DNA of 63,135 nucleotides from Chloroflexota bacterium (GCA_016199265.1 JACQGX010000088.1:1-63135); one strand, 5' to 3'; numbered from the stretch's first letter, positions 7,602 to 16,972 are shown. A program made the numbers and translations. Notes: generated by a model not told the origin, from the sequence alone.

Positions 7602-9029
7602 CTACCGCGTGCGGCTGGCGTCGAGCTGGCGCTGCGCCTCGACAGTCGCCTGCTGGAGGGCGTCGCGGGGCGTAAGCTCGCCCTTGAAGGCCTGGGTGAG
7701 GTAGGTCTTGAGCGTGTCGATGTACTCCTTCGCCGTCGGCGCCTTCGGCGGCGTCATGACGTGCTTCGCCCGGAAGAACGCATTGATCCACACGTCGTAG
7801 CCGGGCCACGTGGCGAGCACATCTTGAAACGGTTTCCCTTTCGTGAACTTCTCGGAGATGGGAATTTGGGGCTGAATGCGGAGCAGCTCGGCATAGGTCT
7901 CTTCGCCGTCAAACCCGGTCAGAAACCGCACGAAACGCCAGGCGGCGGCGGCCTGCTTGGCCTCCTTCGGGATCACCGGAATGTCCCCGTAGTGGTACGC
8001 GAACCCGCCGGGCATGCCCGCCGGGTCCGGGAATGCGCTGATCCCGTAGTCGTCGAAGCGCAGGTTGTTCTGCTTGATCGTGGAGAGGCGCCATGGCCCG
8101 TCGCGCCACATCGAGAAGCGCCCGGCCAGGTACGCGCCCCCTGGGATCTGGCCGAACGTGCTCTGGAACTCGGTGACTCGGGCCAGATCGAACCGGCGCA
8201 GGACGCCGACCAGCCACTCGAGCGCCTTCACGTTGTTCGGATGATTGGCGGTGACTTTGGCGCCCGAGGCATCGAGCAACTGGCCGCCGAAGGCCGGCAG
8301 ATAGTTCGGGAAAATCAGTTGCGGACAGCAGCCAAACCAGACGTCCCAGAAGCCCACGCGCGTATACGCCGAGCCGGCGCCTCCCTCCGCCTTGTTCAGC
8401 TTGAGCCCTAATTCCGGCACCTCCTCGAGCGTCCGGGCCGGCAGCTTCTCCGGATCGAGGCCCATTTCCCGGAAGTGCGCCTTGTGCCACATCAGCGCGT
8501 ACCCCTGCGACCACAGCGGCAGGGCGTACAACTTGCCCTGGTACAGCCCCAGGTCCCACATCGAGGGATGCATCCAGCCCTTCATCTGCCCGAGGTCTTT
8601 GCCGGCCACGTCCTGCAGCGCACCAAGCTGGCCCTGGTGCGCCAACGAATACACCTCACCGTTGCCGTTGGTCAAGATCAGCACGTCCGGCGGGGTGCCG
8701 CCGGCGGCCGCCGCCACGAGCTTCGTCACCATCTGCCCGCCCGGCACCGTTGTCGGGGAAACAGTGATCTGCGGGTTCTTCGCCGTAAAGGCCTCGTCGA
8801 TCCGGGCGATCATGCCGGTGGGACCCTCGTACTGTGGACCGGTCCACGGGCTCCAGAACTCGATCTCGGCGCGCTGCTTCGCGCCGTCCGACGGCGCCGG
8901 CCCACCCAGCGGACTGCACGCCGCCGCGAGCGGTCCGACGGCCATCGCAGCCATGCCGGCCGCGACCACGCGCCGGCGGGAAATTCCCCGCACCTCATCG
9001 GTGTCAAAGCGCCAAGCGCTCATACTCAC
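7602..9029 (-). CDS. ABC transporter extracellular solute-binding protein, family 1 (UgpB/sugar type), Tat/lipoprotein signal
   Basis: The signal is RRRVVAAGMAAMAVGPLAAACS (twin-Arg plus lipobox). The 475-aa length and composition are typical of family-1 SBPs. The gene lies upstream of the GDPD gene on the same strand. Confidence 0.8.
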   Translation of the reverse strand: MSMSAWRFDTDEVRGISRRRVVAAGMAAMAVGPLAAACSPLGGPAPSDGAKQRAEIEFWSPWTGPQYEGPTGMIARIDEAFTAKNPQITVSPTTVPGGQMVTKLVAAAAGGTPPDVLILTNGNGEVYSLAHQGQLGALQDVAGKDLGQMKGWMHPSMWDLGLYQGKLYALPLWSQGYALMWHKAHFREMGLDPEKLPARTLEEVPELGLKLNKAEGGAGSAYTRVGFWDVWFGCCPQLIFPNYLPAFGGQLLDASGAKVTANHPNNVKALEWLVGVLRRFDLARVTEFQSTFGQIPGGAYLAGRFSMWRDGPWRLSTIKQNNLRFDDYGISAFPDPAGMPGGFAYHYGDIPVIPKEAKQAAAAWRFVRFLTGFDGEETYAELLRIQPQIPISEKFTKGKPFQDVLATWPGYDVWINAFFRAKHVMTPPKAPTAKEYIDTLKTYLTQAFKGELTPRDALQQATVEAQRQLDASRTR

Positions 9030-9273
9030 CTGACCTCCTTGCTCCGTACACGGAGCACCTGCTTGCTTACGGCTCTAGGTCCTCTCGTGGCCCTTGAGCA
9101 GAATCGCCGGTCGTTTCGCTGATCGGGCCGCGGCCGATGGTAGCCACCCAACGTAACCTGCCGGTTAACGTACTGCCGCTCCTGACGTGGTATGGATCTC
9201 CGTCGTGCTCATCGGTGCACAACCTCGCTCAGATGAGCACTCCGACCGGGCGGCATGGTATCGTTCGGCGGTG

Positions 9274-10287
9274 ATGGATGTCAAGGCGGATGGCGCCGCG
9301 CCGCCGCGTGTGGACGAACGGCTGGCCCTCCACGTCTGCCGGCGCTACTACCTGGACGGCGAGACCAAGCAGGAGATCGCGAAGGCGCTTGGCATTTCAC
9401 GGTTCAAAGTTGCGCGCCTGATCACGACCGCGCAGGAGTTGGGCCTGGTGCGCATCGAGCTCCGCCAACCCAGCGAGCAGGATGACCGGTTGGCCGGCGA
9501 GCTGAAGCGGCGCTTCGATCTTTGCGACGCGCGCGTGCTGTGTGTCGATGATCCCGACTCGCTCACCAGCGCCCTCGGTCGGGCCAGCGCTCAACTTCTA
9601 TGTACGCGCCTTCGGCCCGGGGACGTCCTGGGGATCGGCTGGGGCACGACGGTGCAAGCCGTGGTCGAAGCACTGGCGACGGAGCGGCCGGCGCGGCCGG
9701 TGGACGTCGTGCAGCTTCGTGGCGGCGTCCACAGCGTCGAGCTGGCCTTCAATGCCATCGAGCTGGCGCGCCGGGCGGCCGAGCTGCTCGGCGGGCTCTT
9801 CTCCCCGCTCTACGCGCCCGCACTGCTCCGGACGGTGGAGGCGCGGGAGGCGCTCCTGCGTGAGCCCGCGATCGCGGAAACGGTGGCCCGATTTGCCGCA
9901 GTCACGGTGGCGCTGACCGGCATCGGCGCGCTGCGGCCGCATCCCACCCTCGCCTACTACCGCAGCGGGTCGCTGGGTCCCGAGGCACTGGCGGAGCTCG
10001 AGCGAGCGGGGGCCGTCGGCGACGTCTTCGGCCAATACGTGGACGCGGACGGTTCTCTCCTCCCGCAGTTCGCCGCCCGGACGATGGCGCCAACGCTGGA
10101 GGCGCTGCAGCACGTGCCGCTGCGCATCGGCGTGGCGGGCGGAGCGGCCAAGACGCTGGCAATCGCGGCCGCCCTGCGTAGCAGATGGATCAATGCGTTG
10201 GTCACGGACGCCGACGTCGCGCAGGCGCTGCTCCAGCTACCCCACCTGGAGCACGCCGACGGGCGCGTCACGTCCGTCACCGTCTGA
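9274..10287 (+). CDS. SorC/DeoR-type sugar-binding transcriptional regulator
   Basis: The N-terminal HTH reads RYYLDGETKQEIAKALGISRFKVARLITTAQELGLVRIEL, followed by a sugar-phosphate-binding domain (GIGWGTTVQAVVEAL). The ATG at 9274 was chosen over the 9187 GTG. Confidence 0.8.
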   Translation: MDVKADGAAPPRVDERLALHVCRRYYLDGETKQEIAKALGISRFKVARLITTAQELGLVRIELRQPSEQDDRLAGELKRRFDLCDARVLCVDDPDSLTSALGRASAQLLCTRLRPGDVLGIGWGTTVQAVVEALATERPARPVDVVQLRGGVHSVELAFNAIELARRAAELLGGLFSPLYAPALLRTVEAREALLREPAIAETVARFAAVTVALTGIGALRPHPTLAYYRSGSLGPEALAELERAGAVGDVFGQYVDADGSLLPQFAARTMAPTLEALQHVPLRIGVAGGAAKTLAIAAALRSRWINALVTDADVAQALLQLPHLEHADGRVTSVTV

Positions 10288-10514
10288 GGATGCCGCGCCG
10301 CTCGACCGTGTGCTGGCCCCTGTCCTGGCTTCACCCGCCAAGTGTGAGTCTCGGCGGGGCCATGATCGCGCCGACCTCGCGCTCGAGCGTCTCGAGCAGG
10401 CTCGCGTTCGGGGCCGCCCCGCCGGCCGCCAGCAGGTTGAGCGTCTTGTTCCAGACGCAGGAAGTACGGAGGCCGTCGCACGCCGGCCCGAGGCGTTTGT
10501 GATACTCCTCACGC

Positions 10515-11780
10515 ATGTGGGGCCTTTTCCTTGGGGCGTTTCTCGGTCCGTTCGGCGGCAACGTCGTCCAGGTGCTTCTGCCGGTGCTGCAGCGCTGGTA
10601 CGACGTCGACGTTCAGGCAGCGGCGCTTTCGATCACGGCGTACATGGTGCCGTTTGCCGCCGCCCAGTTCTTCTCCGGCGCGCTGGCCGATCGCTACGGC
10701 CGGCGGCCGGTCGTGGTTGCCGGGTTTGGAGCGTTCGGCCTGGCGTCGCTCGTCGCGGGCGCGGCGCCGTGGTACGGGCTCTTTCTCGCGGCGCGCGCCG
10801 GCCAGGGGCTGGCCAATGCCTGTACGACGCCGATTCTGATGGCGACGCTGGGTGACCGCGTCGAAGCCGGCCGGCTCGGCCGGTCGCTGGGGTGGTTCGC
10901 GGCCGCGAACACCGCCGGGCTGTTTCTGGCGCCGCTCGTCGCGGGTGCGCTTGCGCTCGTCGACTGGCGCCTCGTCTACCTGCTGCTGGCCGCGGTGTGC
11001 GCCTGGCTCACGGTTCACTACGCCCGGTGGCTGGCGGCGATGCCTGGGGCGACGACCGACCACCGATCCTTCGACAAGGTCAGGACAGGCTTTCCGTCGA
11101 CCGTAGAAGACGAAGGACCCTTCGACAAGCCCAGGGCAGGCTCGACGAAGGACGAAGTAGGGGATTTGCCACGACCGTCGCTCGTCCTTCGACAGGCTCA
11201 GGATGAGCGACGGTCGGCGGTCGGCGGCCGCCCTTCCCGGTTCGCGGCGCTCTGCCTCGCGGCGCTACTGGGCTATCTCTCGCTCAACGGGGTCGGATTC
11301 CTCGTCGCGCTCTATCTTGCGGGCGCATTCGGGCTCGATCCGGGGCGGAGCGGTGCGCTCCTTTCGGCCTTTGGGCTGGCCAACATGCTCGCCGCCGGGC
11401 CTGCCGGATGGGCGGCCGACCGCTTCGGCCGGCTACCGGTGAGCGCGGCCGGGACGGTGGGCGCCGCTGCGGTGCTGGCGCTGGTCCCGCTCGCGCCGTC
11501 GCCGCCGGCAATCGGCGTGCTGCTCTTTCTCGGCGGCATCGCCGTCGCCGCGCTGTGGGCCGGCTTGACGACGCTCGCGGTTTCGTCGTCAAGCGAGCGA
11601 AGGGCCACGGCGAGCTCGATCTTCAATGCGTGGAAGTTTGTGGGCTACGCCCTTGCCCCGGTTGTCTACGTGCCCGTGTACTCTCAACTGGGTTTTGCTG
11701 CCGCCTTCACCGCCTCGGCCGGCGCCACCGGCGCCATTCTCGTGCCCCTCGCCTACCTTGCCGCCGCTTCGCCGCGGTAG
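10515..11780 (+). CDS. MFS transporter carrying a repeat-derived insertion in the central loop
   Basis: The TM1-loop motif is SGALADRYGRRPVVV (MFS signature GxxxDRxGRR). Hydrophobic helices lie either side of a hydrophilic ~54-aa insert. Confidence 0.75.
   Translation: MWGLFLGAFLGPFGGNVVQVLLPVLQRWYDVDVQAAALSITAYMVPFAAAQFFSGALADRYGRRPVVVAGFGAFGLASLVAGAAPWYGLFLAARAGQGLANACTTPILMATLGDRVEAGRLGRSLGWFAAANTAGLFLAPLVAGALALVDWRLVYLLLAAVCAWLTVHYARWLAAMPGATTDHRSFDKVRTGFPSTVEDEGPFDKPRAGSTKDEVGDLPRPSLVLRQAQDERRSAVGGRPSRFAALCLAALLGYLSLNGVGFLVALYLAGAFGLDPGRSGALLSAFGLANMLAAGPAGWAADRFGRLPVSAAGTVGAAAVLALVPLAPSPPAIGVLLFLGGIAVAALWAGLTTLAVSSSSERRATASSIFNAWKFVGYALAPVVYVPVYSQLGFAAAFTASAGATGAILVPLAYLAAASPR
11066..11228. 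repeat. Intragenic repeat cluster (CCTTCGACA-GGCTCAGG / CGAAGGACGAAG flavours) inside the MFS gene
   Basis: Three copies of ccttcgacaaGg/cC(c)agg plus cgacgaaggacgaagta encode SFDKVRTG...PFDKPRAG...LVLRQAQDERR. The same motif occurs intergenically at 37363-37391. Confidence 0.75.
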
Positions 11781-12684
11781 AACCGGATACTCGCGCTCGC
11801 CGTAGACACGCAGGGGCGCCCGGCTGCTGGCGAGCATCTTGAGTCGTGGACAGGCGGCGAGCAACTCGCCGATGGCCGGGCCGGCGGCGGTGATGTGCTC
11901 GCAATTGTCCAACACCAGCAGCATCTGCTTCTCGCGCAGGAACTCCTTCAACGTCGCCAGCGGCGGCTGCTCGGCGACTTCGCGCACGCCGAGCGCCTGC
12001 GCGCACGCCGAGCGCCTGCGCGATGGCCGAGGGCACCAGCGCGGCGTCCGACACCGGCTCCAGGGGCACAAAGTAGACGCCGTGATCGAAATCGTCGATG
12101 GCGTCGGCGGCCACTTGCAGGCTCAAACGCGTTTTCCCAGTGCCCCCGGGACCCGTCAATGTCAGCAAGCGGGTGTCGGAGCGCAGCAGCCGCCGGCGCA
12201 CCGCTTCGACCTCGCGCTCGCGGCCAATGAGCGGCGTCGGCTGCGCCGGCAAGTTGTTCGGACGTGCGTCCAGGCTCCTCAGTGGCGGGAACGTCTGCGG
12301 CAGGTCCGGCGTCACCAACTGGAACACGCGCTCGGGCCGGATCAGGTCCTTGAGCCGGCGCTCCCCCAGGTCCCGCAGGCTCGCGCCCTCCGACAAGTTG
12401 TCGCGGACGAGCTCTTCGGTCGGCAGCGTCAGCAGCGTCTGGCCGCCATGGCCGATGGCCAGCAGGCGCGCCACTCGATTCAGCGCCGGGCCGAAGTAGT
12501 CGCCATCGCGTTCCTGCGCCGCGCCACTGTGCAGCGCGATCCGCACCCGCAGAGGCTCGACGTCGCGCCAGGGCTCGGCAAACAGCGCGCGCTGTGCCGC
12601 CAGCGCCGCTCCGAGCGCGTCAGTCGCCGTATCGAACGCCGCACAGAACGCGTCGCCTACCGTCTTGAAAATGAACCCGGCGAG
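11781..12684 (-). pseudogene. Remnant of an adenylate/guanylate cyclase-domain plus P-loop NTPase (STAND-like) regulator; truncated at both ends and frameshifted
   Basis: The cyclase core (FIFKTVGDAFCAAF...VRIALHSGAA) begins right after an in-frame stop, so the first third of the domain is missing. A P-loop (LTLTGPGGTGKTRL) follows. A 19-nt tandem duplication at 11982-12019 shifts the frame. The reading ends at the MFS stop without the usual C-terminal repeats. Confidence 0.7.
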
Positions 12685-12993
12685 CTACGTCCGCTTGTTG
12701 AACTCCATGCGGGCGCGGTCGTACCCCTCGCGGACGGTCTCTTTGAGGTCCTCCCACGTCCGCTTGAGCGCGCCGGTCGTGCCCGTGGTATCGACGGCGC
12801 TGAACCGCTTCGGCCAGGAATCCGTGAGGTCGGACTCGGCCTCGTGGTACTCACGGTCGCGATACCGATCATGGAGGGCCGACTCCCACCCGTACCGGTA
12901 GGCCTCCTCGTGCTCCGCCCAGGGCTTGCTCTGTCCGTAGCGGGCCTCCCAGTCGGTGCGACAGCGATCGGCATAGGCCTCGAACCGCGGCAT
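12685..12993 (-). CDS. Small Trp/Tyr/Arg/Glu-rich conserved hypothetical protein
   Basis: This 102-aa ORF has repeated YRYGWE / DWEARY-type motifs and coding-like codon usage. Confidence 0.45.
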   Translation of the reverse strand: MPRFEAYADRCRTDWEARYGQSKPWAEHEEAYRYGWESALHDRYRDREYHEAESDLTDSWPKRFSAVDTTGTTGALKRTWEDLKETVREGYDRARMEFNKRT

Positions 12994-13053
12994 GGTCGTC
13001 GTCGTGCCCGTCGTGGACGTCGTGCCCGCCGGCGATCATCAAGTACGTGTCGA

Positions 13054-13686
13054 TCAGCCCTTGCGGGCGACAACCTCCTCGACGATGCCCCACTTGGAGC
13101 GGTCGCAGCGCTCGACGCTGAAACCGGCCGCCCCGAGGTGATCGAGCGGGTCACGCAGCAGGTGATCGCCCGTGAGCCGCGCCAACGGATCGAGCAGCCG
13201 CTCCACCCAGCGCACCGGCCCGACCGGGCTTCGGACGTGCTCGAGCAGCAGGAGCTGCCCGCCCGGTCGAAGCACCCGGTGCGCCTCCGCGAGCGCCCGA
13301 CGCTCGTCCGGGATCGTGCACAGGGAGAGGGTGGCGACCACGGTGTCGAAGCTGTCGTCCGGGAAATCGAGAGCCTGCGCGTCGCCGAGCCGGAGCTCGA
13401 CCTCGCGGCCAAGCTCCTGTGCCCGCCGACGGGCGACGGCCAGCATCGCCGGGCTCAGATCGATGCCCGTGAGGTGCGCGTCGCGTGGGTAATAGGCGAG
13501 ATTCAGCCCGGTGCCGATCGCGAGCTCCAGGGTTCGCCCGCCGGCACGAGAACAGATCCTGCTTCGGCCGTCACCCAACAGCAGCCGGTCAAAGACCTGC
13601 ATCCAACGGTCGTAGTCCGCAGCGGACTTGTCGTAGAAGCGACGCACACGTTCGGTTTCGTGCGCCGCCGGGGCTTCGGCCTTCAT
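13054..13686 (-). CDS. Class I SAM-dependent methyltransferase (Methyltransf_11/UbiE-like)
   Basis: Motif I is TLELAIGTGLN. The post-I/II/III pattern LTGIDLSPAML...DDSFDTVVATLSLC...RVLRPGGQLLLLEH is present. Confidence 0.85.
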   Translation of the reverse strand: MKAEAPAAHETERVRRFYDKSAADYDRWMQVFDRLLLGDGRSRICSRAGGRTLELAIGTGLNLAYYPRDAHLTGIDLSPAMLAVARRRAQELGREVELRLGDAQALDFPDDSFDTVVATLSLCTIPDERRALAEAHRVLRPGGQLLLLEHVRSPVGPVRWVERLLDPLARLTGDHLLRDPLDHLGAAGFSVERCDRSKWGIVEEVVARKG

Positions 13687-13734
13687 GTCACTGGCTCCTT
13701 GATGTCACTCGGCTCGTGGTTGGTAACAGCGCCG

Positions 13735-15030
13735 CTACTCACGCGCACGAGTGTGCGGGTGCAGACTCCTCGGCTCGGTCGCCGGCCCGCGCCCCACCTC
13801 GCCCAGCCACGTGCCGATTCGCGCGCTGAGGAGGCTCGCGATCAGCACGGCCTGCAGGCCGGCCGCCACGCTCGCCAGCGCGGTGGGCGGGTCGAGCGCC
13901 GGCACCGCCATGGCGCGGGCGATGTACGGGAAGGCGACGGCAAGGAAGACGGCGCCGTAGAGCAGGGCACCTCTCCAGTGTGTGGCGCCCGGGAAGGAGA
14001 AGCAGCTCCGCGTGGCCTCGCCCCTGGCGCGCAGCGCGTACCAGGCGTCGAGGGCCACCGCCGCGGGGACCAGCAGGACGGGCGCGGCGACGACCGGGCC
14101 GGGTGGCAGGAACAGCCGATAGAGGGCCACGGTCGGGGCGTAGACCGCCAGGTCCACCAGGGCGATCGCCGTCGCAGCCCCGACGCGGCGGGTCGAGTAC
14201 AGCGCCAGGTGGGCAAAGGCGGCGCCGATCACGAGCACGGTGACCGGGTAGGTCCAGCCGGGCCGCCCGAGGACGATGTCGTCGGCCCACTCCCAACTCG
14301 TCGTGAGGAGCTGGAGCCAGTTAAGGCTGAGCAGCGCCAGGATGCCCAACGCCAGCACGTCGACCGTGCGCGGCCGGTCGACGAGGCTCCGCCAAGCGGG
14401 CCGCGGCGCGGTCGAGAGCGCGAGGGCCACACCGGTAAGCGCCACGGCGGTGACCGACAGCGCCATGACGACGTGCGGCGGGCTCTCGGCGGACAGGTCG
14501 GGCCCGATCACCTGGTGCCAGACGATGTCCACCGGGATGAACGCGAACATGTAGGCCGAGAGCAGTCCGAGCAGGGCGAGCAGCGGCTCCCGGCGGAACC
14601 GCGCCCGCAGGCTCCCATGGCCGCGCAGCGCGACCGAGAGCCCGTAGGCGACGAGCAGCAAGTTCAGCGCGAACGATGCGTACATGAGGAGGTGTGGCGG
14701 CCAGAGCAGGTCCTCGCCGAAGGGCAAGCCGTAGAGCCGGTGCCAGAGCTCGTCCCAGCGCGCGCCGACTTGCAGGAGCAGGCCGCTCAGGAGCACGACG
14801 GCGGCCACATGGCGCCGCACCTGCAGTGCCCTCAGCACCGGCTCGGGCGGGGCCACCGGCTCGACCGGCCGCGGGAGGGGGCTCGCGAAGAGCCACCAGG
14901 CCAGCAGACCGGAGGCGGCGACGAGCACGATCAGGCCGAGCCAGCCGGCCCAGTCCGGCGGCCGCGCGCCCGCGAGCGTCGGCGGGGGCGGCGCGCTTGG
15001 ACCGAGGAGCACGGCGGACAGGAGTGGCAT
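13735..15030 (-). CDS. Polytopic membrane protein of unknown function
   Basis: The 431-aa protein has about 10 or more hydrophobic helices and a conserved-looking WDELWHRLYGLPFGEDLLWPPHLLMY segment. It shares a strand with the flanking methyltransferase. Confidence 0.55.
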   Translation of the reverse strand: MPLLSAVLLGPSAPPPPTLAGARPPDWAGWLGLIVLVAASGLLAWWLFASPLPRPVEPVAPPEPVLRALQVRRHVAAVVLLSGLLLQVGARWDELWHRLYGLPFGEDLLWPPHLLMYASFALNLLLVAYGLSVALRGHGSLRARFRREPLLALLGLLSAYMFAFIPVDIVWHQVIGPDLSAESPPHVVMALSVTAVALTGVALALSTAPRPAWRSLVDRPRTVDVLALGILALLSLNWLQLLTTSWEWADDIVLGRPGWTYPVTVLVIGAAFAHLALYSTRRVGAATAIALVDLAVYAPTVALYRLFLPPGPVVAAPVLLVPAAVALDAWYALRARGEATRSCFSFPGATHWRGALLYGAVFLAVAFPYIARAMAVPALDPPTALASVAAGLQAVLIASLLSARIGTWLGEVGRGPATEPRSLHPHTRARE

Positions 15031-15044
15031 GGCACCTCCTCGCG

Positions 15045-15329
15045 TCAGGCTGTAAGGAGCCGGAGGATCGTCTCGGCACGGGGCAACCCTCGCGTACCAC
15101 TCCCAGCGGCCGGTCTTCTCGCCGCCGACGAGCAGGACGCGTCTGGCGCGGTGGCTTGGAGACGACTGAGCGCGACACCCTGGATGCAGGCGGTGAAGGC
15201 GAGCGCGAGCTCGACGGGGTCGCCGCCGGCGACCTGGCCTTCCGCTTGCCCCTCACGAATGAGCGCGACGATGTCCTGGAGCGTCTGCCGCCCGTACCCC
15301 TCGACGGCGGCCCGCGCCCCTTCCGGCAC
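15045..15329 (-). pseudogene. TetR-family regulator C-terminal fragment (no HTH present)
   Basis: The sequence TLQDIVALIREGQAEGQVAGGDPVELALAFTACIQGVALS is a typical TetR ligand-domain helix pattern. An in-frame stop lies about 12 codons upstream of the GTG, and no N-terminal HTH is found. Confidence 0.4.
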
Positions 15330-15475
15330 CGCCTCGCTGGTGAAGGCCTGTGGTTGAATAGCCGTTCAAACCATAGCGCCGGGCGCGCCGAGTGTCAAGT
15401 CGGCGCCGGTTGGTTGGTTCTCGGACGAGGGAGCAATGTGGACTCTGGAGTTCGGCTATGGGGCATAATCCGTCC

Positions 15476-16081
15476 ATGCTCAATCGCACTGCTTACGTTT
15501 CTACGCAGACAACGCCGCAGTGGCGGCGCCTGGCCGCCGTTGCCGCGCGAGAGATCATCTTGCTGGCTGCCGCGTCGGTGTTCCTGGCGCTGACCGCCCG
15601 AATCAGTGTGCCGTTACCGTTTACGCCGGTGCCGGTCACCGGGCAGACGCTCGGCGTCTTGCTCACCGGCGCACTGTACGGTCCCTGGCGAGGCGCGCTG
15701 GCGCTGGTGGTCTACCTGCTCGAAGGTCTTGCCGGTGCGCCGGTGTTCGCCGGCGGCGCGAGTGGTCTGCCCATCCTGCTCGGTCCGCGCGGCGGCTATC
15801 TCGTCGGGTTCATCGCCGCCGCGGCCGTTGCCGGCTGGCTCGGCGGCGCATCCCGGCCGGCGTGGCTCCGATTCGCCGGGATGCTGCTGGCCACCGCCGC
15901 CATCTATGCCGTCGGCGTCCCCTGGCTCACCGTCGCGGCCGCGCGGCCGTTGCCCATCGCCATCGTCCAGGGTCTGCTCCCCTTCCTCGCCGGCGACGTG
16001 CTCAAAGCCGCGCTCGCCGCCGGCGTCGTCCCGGCCGGCACCGCACTGTTGACGCGCCTCAGTCGGTGGAGCGGCCAATAG
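15476..16081 (+). CDS. bioY: Biotin transporter BioY (ECF S component)
   Basis: The sequence ARISVPLPFTPVPVTGQTLGVLLTGALYGPWRGALALVVYLLEGLAGAPVFAGG is the BioY signature region. The start is at the ATG at 15476 (alternatives at 15458 and 15392). Confidence 0.85.
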   Translation: MLNRTAYVSTQTTPQWRRLAAVAAREIILLAAASVFLALTARISVPLPFTPVPVTGQTLGVLLTGALYGPWRGALALVVYLLEGLAGAPVFAGGASGLPILLGPRGGYLVGFIAAAAVAGWLGGASRPAWLRFAGMLLATAAIYAVGVPWLTVAAARPLPIAIVQGLLPFLAGDVLKAALAAGVVPAGTALLTRLSRWSGQ

Positions 16082-16141
16082 TTAGAATGGCTGCGGCGCG
16101 TCTCAAGCGAGGGCGCCGATGAAGAGGAAGGAGTCGTAACC

Positions 16142-16972
16142 GTGGCAAAACCAAAGGTGGCGTGCCACCTGATTGTCTTTGGCAGGACGGAAGAGAACGA
16201 TCTAGACAGCGTGCTGGCCGACGTGCAGAAGGCCGGCTACGATGGGATCGAGCGCGGGATGCTCGCCGGCGGCGACGCCGCCAAGGCGAAGGCAAAACTC
16301 GAGGAATACGGGCTCATCCAGTGGAGCCTGTCTACCGGCTTCGCCAGCCTGGGAGATGTCGGCAGATCGATCGACTACATCACCGCACTCGGCGGCAAGT
16401 TCATCATGGTTTCCGGCGTGGGCGACCACAGGACCGAGGGGCTGCGTGCGTACGAGAAGGCGTCTGAGCTTTTCAATGAAGCGGGACGTACCTGCCAGAC
16501 TGCCGGCATCCAGTTTTGTTACCACAACCACTCCTGGGAGTTTCAGGCCTACGATCGGGCGACAGGTCAGCCGGTGGCGCCCGGCGAGCCGGGGAGCGTC
16601 ACCGGCCTCGAGCGGCTGTACGAGCTCACCGATCCGCAGTTGGTGAAGGGGTGTGTCGACGTCTACTGGGTGCAGCACGGTGGCGAGAACCCGGCGGCGT
16701 TTCTTCAGCGGCACGCGAACCGCATCGGCTACCCGCACTTCAAGGACATGCGCTATCTCGGCCAGGAGCCTCGACGGCGGGGGCCGCTCCTGCGCGAAGA
16801 GGCCGAGTTCGTCGAGCTGGGCCGCGGCGAGGTCGACTTCCCCGCCATCTGGCGCGTGCTCGAGCCGCTCAACCTGCCATGGGCCGTCTACGAGCAGGAC
16901 CGCTCCAAGTTGCCCCCCGGCGAGGCCGCCGACGTCAGCCGGCGGTACCTGAGGGAAGCGCTGGGAGTCTGA
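16142..16972 (+). CDS. Sugar phosphate isomerase/epimerase (xylose isomerase-like TIM barrel)
   Basis: The GTG at 16142 follows GGAAGGAG. The protein begins KVACHLIVFG...AGYDGIE, contains ...HNHSWEF..., and has a conserved C-terminal YEQD. Confidence 0.8.
   Translation: MAKPKVACHLIVFGRTEENDLDSVLADVQKAGYDGIERGMLAGGDAAKAKAKLEEYGLIQWSLSTGFASLGDVGRSIDYITALGGKFIMVSGVGDHRTEGLRAYEKASELFNEAGRTCQTAGIQFCYHNHSWEFQAYDRATGQPVAPGEPGSVTGLERLYELTDPQLVKGCVDVYWVQHGGENPAAFLQRHANRIGYPHFKDMRYLGQEPRRRGPLLREEAEFVELGRGEVDFPAIWRVLEPLNLPWAVYEQDRSKLPPGEAADVSRRYLREALGV

Noticed and set aside
9152-9170. An imperfect palindrome CGTAACC-TGCC-GGTTAACG between the SBP and SorC genes, considered as an operator.
   Set aside because: Only 5 nt pair perfectly (TAACC/GGTTA). 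This is too weak to report as a feature.
10331-10516. A 61-aa minus-strand ORF (MREEYHKRLGPACDGLRTSCVWNKTLNLL...) with coding-like GC3.
   Set aside because: Its ATG overlaps the divergent MFS start codon by 2 nt, which leaves no promoter space. It is short and ends abruptly. It may be the N-terminal stub of a lost gene, but the evidence is insufficient to call it.
11839-15357. A 1172-aa ORF on the plus strand, the longest in the track.
   Set aside because: It runs antisense through four well-supported minus-strand genes. Its product is Arg/Gly/Pro/Ala-rich with no recognisable motifs. This is a typical shadow ORF of high-GC DNA. The same applies to 47353..49311, 6897..8411, 1331..2968, 627..1739, 37622..39139, 39614..41551, 30774..32621 and 53816..54838.
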